Assembly: GCA_035542475.1 (NCBI GenBank)
Contig: DATKLL010000003.1
Location: forward strand, 31,608-63,607
Reading direction: 5' to 3'
Length of the DNA: 32,000 nucleotides
From: Syntrophales bacterium
GTDB lineage: Bacteria; Desulfobacterota; Syntrophia; Syntrophales; UBA2185
The notes under the pieces were generated by a model that was not told where the DNA came from, did no database searches, and saw nothing but the letters and a program-made list of their open reading frames with translations. Positions 26,177 through 32,000 of the stretch are shown piece after piece. A program made the translations under genes and the position numbers. Position 1 is the first letter of the stretch. Every line of letters begins with the position of its first letter.

Positions 26177-29100
26177 CTACGCGACAATATCTTGGATGTC
26201 CATCCTGGCAACAAACCACCACTCTTCCTTGCCCGGCGCGCTGATTTCTGTACGCATGATTTCGAAATCGGCCTCTGATATCACGGAAGCGATGGCCTCC
26301 TTTGTCCGGAAGAGCGGCGTGCCTTTGTGAAGCCTAACCCTTGTCGATTCGAGCCAGCGCGTCCAGGGAAAAAGTTTTTCCGAAGGCACAGTCGCCCTGA
26401 TGATTAAAGTGCCGCCCGGACGAAGCTTCTCGTGGAGGCGCTGTAAAGTCAAACGCAATTCCTCATCGGTTATCAGATGGATCATATCCAGGAGGAGCGC
26501 CGTGTCTGCCATGCCGGGGACATCGGGTATATCAGGAGCGCGTCCGACCGTGACGGCGCCCCTTTTGCCTATCGCCCGCGACGCGAAACGCACACGCTTG
26601 CGGTCCGGCTCGATCCCGAATACCTTTGCGCGGGGGAAGATCTCGAGAAGCCAGATGGCGGGCACACCGTAACCGGTTCCCACATCGATGATGACTTCCG
26701 GCTGTTTGACAAAAGCAGCAAGTTTCGGGAACATGGGATCAAGGATGAGCTTGAAGCGGGCGAAGAGCCGCGGATAGGCCTCCATATGCCGGTACCGACC
26801 GACTGCACGCTGCCGGTGTCTTTTTGAACCGAGTGTAATCATCTCATCCTTCAGAGGCACAGGCGTAAACATTCGTTTCAGGATGGGCGGCGTAATCATC
26901 ACGGCGCCCAGGAAAGAATAGCCGATCCCCAGGGCAAGGCCCAGCCCCGCACTCTTCAGCATGGCATTGTCGGCAAGCACCAGGACGCCGAACCCCAGAA
27001 ATGTTGTGGCGAAGGAAAGAAAAACGGACAGTCGTATAAGCCCTAGAGAAGGATCGTACTCATCGAAATAGCGCTGGTAGGAGCGCACCAGATAAAGGGC
27101 ATAGTCCGTCCCCATCCCGATGACGACAACGGATACCATGAGGGTCGGAATGGTGAGGGGCTGCCCGGTGAGATTCAATGTGCCGAGGGTGCATATCAGG
27201 GCAAAGATCGTTGGCGCCATGCCGAGCAGGGTAAGCTGCCAGTCGAAAAAATAGAAGAAGGCGGTTAATATTGTGATGATGCCCACGATGACGGCCATTT
27301 TGATGAAGGCGGAAAGGAGGGCTGATTCAAACTTCTTGCCGAAAAGGGCCGGGTCGAATACCCTCGCCAGTCCCGCTGCCGTGAAGCGCCTGTAAAATTC
27401 CTCTCCGTTATATGATGGTCCCGGCGTCAGGGTCACAACCTCTACCCAGGAAGACCGATCCCGATTCACCGATATGCCGAAGAGACCGGAAAACTTCTCG
27501 GGCATATCGGTCCCCTGCCAGTCTTTTTTATTTATCAGCCTGAAAAAATGATCGAAAGCGGACGGTGAAAAACCGAGCGGCCTTGAAACTTCTCCCACAG
27601 TCTTTCGCAACCCGGCGACGCGATCCAGCCTCCAGAAGCTTCTCCAGGCCGCGAGATTTGTACGCGCCATCTCTTCGCCGGGGAACAACATGGACGGGAC
27701 AAACGCCTGCGAAAGGCGGCCGGCATCAACTTCCTGAGAAAGCAGCTCCGCCAGACGGTCGCTTTTCTGCTGGAGGTCCTGCCGATCGCTTCCCTCCAGC
27801 ATAAGATAAAGCCTGCTCATGATATCGCCCCACGTATCGCGGACGAGTTTCTCCGCGCTCAGCGTCTCCCGGCTGACGGCATTCATGGTATTTAAATCGA
27901 CATGAAATTCCGGCCTGGCAAAGAATAGCATGAAAACGGCAAAAGCTAGTGCGGCATACACTTTCCACATACCGGTCGCAGATGCGATTCTGTTTACAAA
28001 ACGCTGCAGGGGCAGATACGGCTGGCGTTTTTCCGGAGTGACCACAGGAAATAACAGGGGAAAGAAGGCATGGACAAATATGAAAGTGAACACGACTCCC
28101 AGCGCGGCAAACTGTCCTATCTGCGAGAGTGCGGGAAACCCGCTCACGGACAGGAACGCGAAGCTGACGGCGGTCGTCAGCATGGCAAGGAGACCCAGCG
28201 ACCAGACCTCCCTGGTGGTTTCTATGCCGCGCGTTTCGTACGGGCGGTCGAGAAAAAGCAGATACGTGATGCCGTAATCGACAGTAAAGGAAATGATCGC
28301 CCCTCCGAAGCCTACGGCCAGCATGGAAATGGAAGTGTGAAAAAGCGAATACACGAAGATCGCCATCATGGTCCCGGCAAAGGCAGGCAGCAGGGACAAG
28401 AGCCCTATCAGAGGTCTGGGAAAACCCACAAAGAGCAAAATGGCGATGGCGATAGTGGAAAATAAAACCGCCTTTCTGACGTTCCTTTTCGCGCTCAGCT
28501 CATTATCAAGAGCAGCGCGGTAGGCGCCGACGGGTGTCAGGATGAATCCATTTTGCCGGCCGTATTTCCCGTGCAGATTTTCGGAGATATTATCCAGCAG
28601 CGCCGTAACTTTTCTGGAGAACTGAGTATCCATACCGGAGCTCAAAGGCTCGGCGATGATCAGGATATGCTTCCCGTCTGATGAGACAAGATGGCCTTTG
28701 TAAATGCGCGCCCCCTTCACCGGCGAGAGAAACGACAAGCGCTCAAGGATGATATTTCGCAGGGCGAGGGGGTCATCGGAGATAAGCCCCGTCTGGCCTA
28801 TTCCTTCAAGAAGGTGCAGGGACGATATATAATCCTCCATGGTCTGCCGCACCTTTTCAGGCGCCAGCAGAGGTTTGACGTTTTCTTCAAGCTCCTTCTT
28901 GTTAAAGAGGATCGGGAGATGATCGACGATATACCGGATCAGCTCCGGCATAAGTTGACCGATATGACTGAAACCCACTTCCTTGAAGAGGCCGCTTGTC
29001 CGCATCTCCGCCTCAACTAGGTTAGCCCCCTGAACGAGTATGTCAACATCTCCGCCGGGATTTCCCACATCGACGACTACCCGGTCATGAATCGGGTGAT

Positions 29101-29272
29101 GCATAATGACATGACGGGCATCGGCTAAAACCGGATCGCTCTGTGGGAGAGAGGACAGGATGTCGGTGTCAAACCGGAGACGGTATATCCCCACCGTAAA
29201 CAGTCCTATGACAGCTAAGATCACGACGCTTACAAGGGACCATCTCAAAAGGTATTTATGCGCGTTCATCAT
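26177..29272 (-). CDS. MMPL/RND-superfamily lipid exporter fused to a C-terminal class I SAM-dependent methyltransferase
   Basis: Two repeats of a large periplasmic loop followed by a five- to six-helix TM bundle (about aa 1-790). The soluble C-terminal domain carries methyltransferase motif I 'VIIDVGTGYGVPAIW' and 'RPGGTLII'. Confidence 0.8.
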   Translation of the reverse strand: MMNAHKYLLRWSLVSVVILAVIGLFTVGIYRLRFDTDILSSLPQSDPVLADARHVIMHHPIHDRVVVDVGNPGGDVDILVQGANLVEAEMRTSGLFKEVGFSHIGQLMPELIRYIVDHLPILFNKKELEENVKPLLAPEKVRQTMEDYISSLHLLEGIGQTGLISDDPLALRNIILERLSFLSPVKGARIYKGHLVSSDGKHILIIAEPLSSGMDTQFSRKVTALLDNISENLHGKYGRQNGFILTPVGAYRAALDNELSAKRNVRKAVLFSTIAIAILLFVGFPRPLIGLLSLLPAFAGTMMAIFVYSLFHTSISMLAVGFGGAIISFTVDYGITYLLFLDRPYETRGIETTREVWSLGLLAMLTTAVSFAFLSVSGFPALSQIGQFAALGVVFTFIFVHAFFPLLFPVVTPEKRQPYLPLQRFVNRIASATGMWKVYAALAFAVFMLFFARPEFHVDLNTMNAVSRETLSAEKLVRDTWGDIMSRLYLMLEGSDRQDLQQKSDRLAELLSQEVDAGRLSQAFVPSMLFPGEEMARTNLAAWRSFWRLDRVAGLRKTVGEVSRPLGFSPSAFDHFFRLINKKDWQGTDMPEKFSGLFGISVNRDRSSWVEVVTLTPGPSYNGEEFYRRFTAAGLARVFDPALFGKKFESALLSAFIKMAVIVGIITILTAFFYFFDWQLTLLGMAPTIFALICTLGTLNLTGQPLTIPTLMVSVVVIGMGTDYALYLVRSYQRYFDEYDPSLGLIRLSVFLSFATTFLGFGVLVLADNAMLKSAGLGLALGIGYSFLGAVMITPPILKRMFTPVPLKDEMITLGSKRHRQRAVGRYRHMEAYPRLFARFKLILDPMFPKLAAFVKQPEVIIDVGTGYGVPAIWLLEIFPRAKVFGIEPDRKRVRFASRAIGKRGAVTVGRAPDIPDVPGMADTALLLDMIHLITDEELRLTLQRLHEKLRPGGTLIIRATVPSEKLFPWTRWLESTRVRLHKGTPLFRTKEAIASVISEADFEIMRTEISAPGKEEWWFVARMDIQDIVA

Positions 29273-29281
29273 GAAAAACTC

Positions 29282-30016
29282 TCAATCCCTCTTTACATAA
29301 GAAGGAGGTTTAAGGAAGGGCAATACACATAATCTAGTGAAAATCAGACGGCTGAAGGCGGCGGCATTCCGGCAGAAATCGACAAACCCGCGATAATGCG
29401 AGACCCGCTGGTCATCGGCTTCGTACGTTACCTGGACGGGTGTCTCCATGACAGGCATGCCGTGCCAGTTTGCCCTGACTAGGATTTCAACCTCAAACTG
29501 GAAGCGCCTCGCCCTCACTCCAAGATGCATTGACTCCGGAAGCGGATACAGCCTGAATCCGCTCTGCGTATCCCTGATTGCTGGGCCTCCCGACGCCCGC
29601 ACCCAGAAGTTGGAAAAAGCCCTGCCGAAACGACTCTTCCAGGGAACATGACGGTGTTCCATTCCTTCCCTGCAGCCGACAATGATCGGCCTTTGGCCGG
29701 ACGGTACAGCTTTAATAAGCTCCAGGGTATCTTCGGGATGATGCTGTCCGTCGGCGTCCATGGTGACGGCCCAGTCCGCAAGTGGTGCTGCAGCAGCGAA
29801 ACCGGTCATAATAGCCGCGCCTTTTCCTCTGTTGATGTTGTGGCGGATGATGGTTATGGATGGTATGTTTTTTATGCGGTCGTAGGTGGAATCCGTCGAG
29901 CCGTCATCGACAACAAACAGCGGCAATTGAAGCTTCAGGGCTTCCCTAACCACCTGTGCAACCTTGCCCTCATGATTGAAAGCGGGAATTACGACGGCAA
30001 CGCGGTCTTTTTCCAT
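29282..30016 (-). CDS. Family 2 glycosyltransferase (DPM1/polyprenol-phosphate GT-like)
   Basis: 'VAVVIPAFNHEGKV', 'LFVVDDGSTDST' and the DxD motif 'TMDADGQHHPED'. Confidence 0.85.
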   Translation of the reverse strand: MEKDRVAVVIPAFNHEGKVAQVVREALKLQLPLFVVDDGSTDSTYDRIKNIPSITIIRHNINRGKGAAIMTGFAAAAPLADWAVTMDADGQHHPEDTLELIKAVPSGQRPIIVGCREGMEHRHVPWKSRFGRAFSNFWVRASGGPAIRDTQSGFRLYPLPESMHLGVRARRFQFEVEILVRANWHGMPVMETPVQVTYEADDQRVSHYRGFVDFCRNAAAFSRLIFTRLCVLPFLKPPSYVKRD

Positions 30017-30027
30017 CAGTCCACTTT

Positions 30028-30303
30028 CTAGTTCCTCTCCCTAAACCTTCTTACCGCTTCGGGGATCTTATCAGGATGTTCCATAAGCAAGACCAGGTCT
30101 TTGAATACTGTATCTTCACGCAGCAGCTCCAGCGGGAGGTCGACATGGAAAGTGTCATGTAAAATAATCTGTATATTCACGGCCACCATCGAATCCCAGT
30201 CCGGGATTTCACCCAGCTTCGTCTCCGGTGTGATAGATCCGTTACCGATCTCAAATAAATTATCCAGAAGGACTTCTTTCATCTTTTGCCAAATATCATT
30301 CAT
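30028..30303 (-). CDS. Acyl carrier protein-like phosphopantetheine-binding protein
   Basis: 91 aa with the attachment motif 'IPDWDSMVAVNI'. It sits between the fabH and GT2 genes with 11-14 nt gaps. Confidence 0.75.
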   Translation of the reverse strand: MNDIWQKMKEVLLDNLFEIGNGSITPETKLGEIPDWDSMVAVNIQIILHDTFHVDLPLELLREDTVFKDLVLLMEHPDKIPEAVRRFRERN

Positions 30304-30317
30304 GCCTCTTCCTCATA

Positions 30318-31298
30318 TCATATGCGTATCAGGTTCGCCCCCCAGGAAAGCCCGCCGCCAAAAGCCACTGTCACGATGAGATTGCCTTTCTTGACAACGC
30401 CGGCGGAAATTGCCTCATCGAGCGCAATCAGTACAGACGCGGCGGCAGTGTTGCCGTAAGAGGAGAGGTTCATGAAAAACCTGTCCGCGGATACGGAGAG
30501 ATTGCTCGCTATCCTGTAAATTATGTTCGCGTTGGCCTGATGGCAGATGAAACACTTGATGTCGTCTATTTTTACATCAGCCTCTTTCAAAAGCTGAAGA
30601 ATGATCTCAGAACCTTTATCCACGGCAAAATTAAATATGTCGATGCCCTTCATCTTGAATAATGCCAGCCTGGAATTCGTCATCTTCGCAAACGGCAGCA
30701 TCGTCCCTCCCGCTGGTACACTGATGGTATCACTGCCGCTACCATCAGTCCTCAAACAGGAATGCAGAACTCCTTTAAAAGAAGTGCCGCCGGCTTGAAA
30801 GAGAACAGCGCCAGCACCGTCTCCGAAAAAGGGATAGGACGAAAAATCTTTCTGGTTCATGATCTTCGAATAGACTTCCGAGGCGATTAAAAGGATATTC
30901 CTACAGTATCCCGATTTAATGAGGGCATCCGCCATTGCAATACCGAAGGCGCTTCCCGAACAGACCGAATTGATGTCAAAGGCAAAGGCCTTCTTCGCAC
31001 CGATAATATGCTGCACCCGCGTTCCTGTCGCGGGCTGCATGCGGTCCGGAGAGGAGGTGGCAAGAATAATACCTTCCACATTCTCCGGGGGATAGCCGAC
31101 ATTATTGAGGCACTTCATCGCTGCCTGCACAGCCAGATCCGATGTGCATTCCTTATCGGAGGCCACCCTTCGGAAAAATACGCCGGTTTTTTTACCGATC
31201 AGATGAATCGCCTCCTGTGGAAATTGTGTCAGATCTTCGTTGCCAACAATTTTCTCCGGCAGATAGCTGCCGGTTGATATGATAACTGAATTTCGCAT
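30318..31298 (-). CDS. fabH: 3-oxoacyl-ACP synthase III (KAS III)
   Basis: Cys-His-Asn triad contexts 'FDINSVCSGSAFG', 'FICHQANANII' and 'YGNTAAASVLIAL'; 326 aa. Confidence 0.9.
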   Translation of the reverse strand: MRNSVIISTGSYLPEKIVGNEDLTQFPQEAIHLIGKKTGVFFRRVASDKECTSDLAVQAAMKCLNNVGYPPENVEGIILATSSPDRMQPATGTRVQHIIGAKKAFAFDINSVCSGSAFGIAMADALIKSGYCRNILLIASEVYSKIMNQKDFSSYPFFGDGAGAVLFQAGGTSFKGVLHSCLRTDGSGSDTISVPAGGTMLPFAKMTNSRLALFKMKGIDIFNFAVDKGSEIILQLLKEADVKIDDIKCFICHQANANIIYRIASNLSVSADRFFMNLSSYGNTAAASVLIALDEAISAGVVKKGNLIVTVAFGGGLSWGANLIRI

Positions 31299-31326
31299 TT
31301 CGATGGCACACCCGTCTTGCTAATGA

Positions 31327-31746
31327 TCAAAATCCCAGGGCCTGCCTGATTTCATCCGGGATGGTGAACATGATTTCCATCTCCGGCGCTTTTACGGCAA
31401 CCTGTTCAGTTCTCCCGCGTGTACATACTTTTCCGTCAGCTTTAAGCCTGATTTCAAAATCCACGACAATCTTCGTCTTCCCCTCAACCACAGTAGCCTT
31501 GCAGATAAATTCATCACCATGCCTCAGAGGATAGATGTGTTTTGTGGTTGTTTTGATGATGGGGAACAGATACTGTGTCCTCAGATAAAACTCATAGAGA
31601 TCAACACCAACCTGAGCGAAAAGAGCCACTCGTGCGTCCTCAAAGTAAAGAAAATAATTTCCGTGCCACACGATCTGCATGGGATCAAGATCATAAAAAG
31701 GCACCTTGTGTGTAATCTCGCAGCTGGGGTGATGTTTACCTGTCAT
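31327..31746 (-). CDS. 4HBT-family hotdog thioesterase (YbgC-like)
   Basis: 'VPFYDLDPMQIVWHGNYFLYFEDARV' motif; 139 aa. It is the first gene of the sub-operon. Confidence 0.8.
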   Translation of the reverse strand: MTGKHHPSCEITHKVPFYDLDPMQIVWHGNYFLYFEDARVALFAQVGVDLYEFYLRTQYLFPIIKTTTKHIYPLRHGDEFICKATVVEGKTKIVVDFEIRLKADGKVCTRGRTEQVAVKAPEMEIMFTIPDEIRQALGF

Positions 31747-31771
31747 AATGATATCCCTTTTTTATTGGGGG

Positions 31772-31800
31772 AGTATAGGAAGAAGGCGAATATGTGTCAA
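31772..31800 (-). promoter_or_regulatory. Candidate sigma70-type promoter for the TE/FabH/ACP/GT2/MMPL-MT/acyltransferase sub-operon
   Basis: Minus strand reads TTGACA (31800-31795), a 17-nt spacer, then TATACT (31777-31772). It lies about 25 nt upstream of the ATG at 31746, with AAGGGA as a likely RBS. Confidence 0.5.
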
Positions 31801-32000
31801 GTGGAAACGCGAACGGGGATGATCTGAGAAATTTTGGGGAGGTTTGGGGACGCCATACCAATTAAAAAAAAGATTAACTAATATGAAGTCCCCAGAATGG
31901 AACCGGGATGACTGGAAAAACAATTTGCTTAGTATGTAAGGTGCGTTAGCACCAGTATAACGCACCCTACGGGTCGGAATAACAGCCCTTAGTGTCCCGG

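Noticed and set aside
4183-31746. Calling the locus a ladderane cluster or a classical aryl-polyene cluster.
   Set aside because: The resemblance to the ladderane candidate clusters rests on my memory of gene order. I recall that those clusters also occur in organisms that make no ladderanes and have no proven product. For aryl polyenes, the aromatic-starter enzymes, ketoreductase and LolA-like or DUF3261-type components are missing, while four rSAM enzymes, a CrtI-like enzyme and PlsC/PlsY are extra. The product should be treated as unknown.
31940-31966. Hairpin 'ggtgcgtta...taacgcacc' near the right edge, reminiscent of dispersed REP-like repeats.
   Set aside because: The stem is only 9 bp and the element is truncated by the window end, so its extent cannot be established. 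It does not match the 4025-4149 element.
1-32000. Search for CRISPR arrays, tRNA/rRNA genes, and a cobalamin riboswitch (expected given two B12-dependent enzymes).
   Set aside because: No regularly spaced direct repeats, no tRNA T-arm or anticodon-arm pattern, no rRNA-like sequence and no B12-box-like element were visible in any intergenic region. Absence judged by eye is not proof, and a covariance-model scan (Infernal/Rfam, tRNAscan-SE) would settle it.

Overview
About 27.5 kb of this 32 kb window (4183-31746, all on the minus strand) is one large lipid or polyketide-type biosynthetic locus, and I cannot assign a product to it. It contains FabH, three stand-alone ketosynthases (KS) and a fusion of a KS with a chain-length-factor-like (CLF) domain. 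It also has four acyl carrier proteins (ACPs), a FabZ-like dehydratase and a stand-alone PKS-type double-hotdog dehydratase, and two 4HBT hotdog thioesterases. Four radical SAM (rSAM) enzymes are present: two with B12-binding domains and two tandem paralogues without. The rest of the set is a CrtI-like flavin desaturase, a NodB deacetylase, a GT2 glycosyltransferase, an MMPL exporter fused to a methyltransferase, and three glycerolipid or lipid acyltransferases (PlsY-like, PlsC-like, LpxL/HtrB-like). The genes form three tightly packed sub-operons. Each is preceded by a TTGACA-17-nt promoter candidate, and two of these share an identical 14-nt block. The locus resembles aryl-polyene (APE) clusters in part. 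From memory, it also resembles the FAS/radical-SAM/CrtI-like clusters once proposed for ladderane synthesis. It contains no ketoreductase, enoyl reductase, malonyl transferase or aromatic-starter enzyme. A small GIY-YIG nuclease gene flanked by hairpin-forming inverted repeats sits between two KS genes. Three plus-strand envelope genes split the locus at 22891-25234: a vWA-OmpA lipoprotein, MscL with a zinc-ribbon tail, and a small membrane protein. The AT-rich left end (1-4180) carries two SHOCT paralogues around a thioredoxin-fold gene with a degenerate CXXC motif, a TVP38/DedA plus flavoprotein disulfide reductase pair, and a MITE-like palindromic element. I saw no rRNA, tRNA or CRISPR. All functional calls come from motif recognition in the supplied translations, with no database search.
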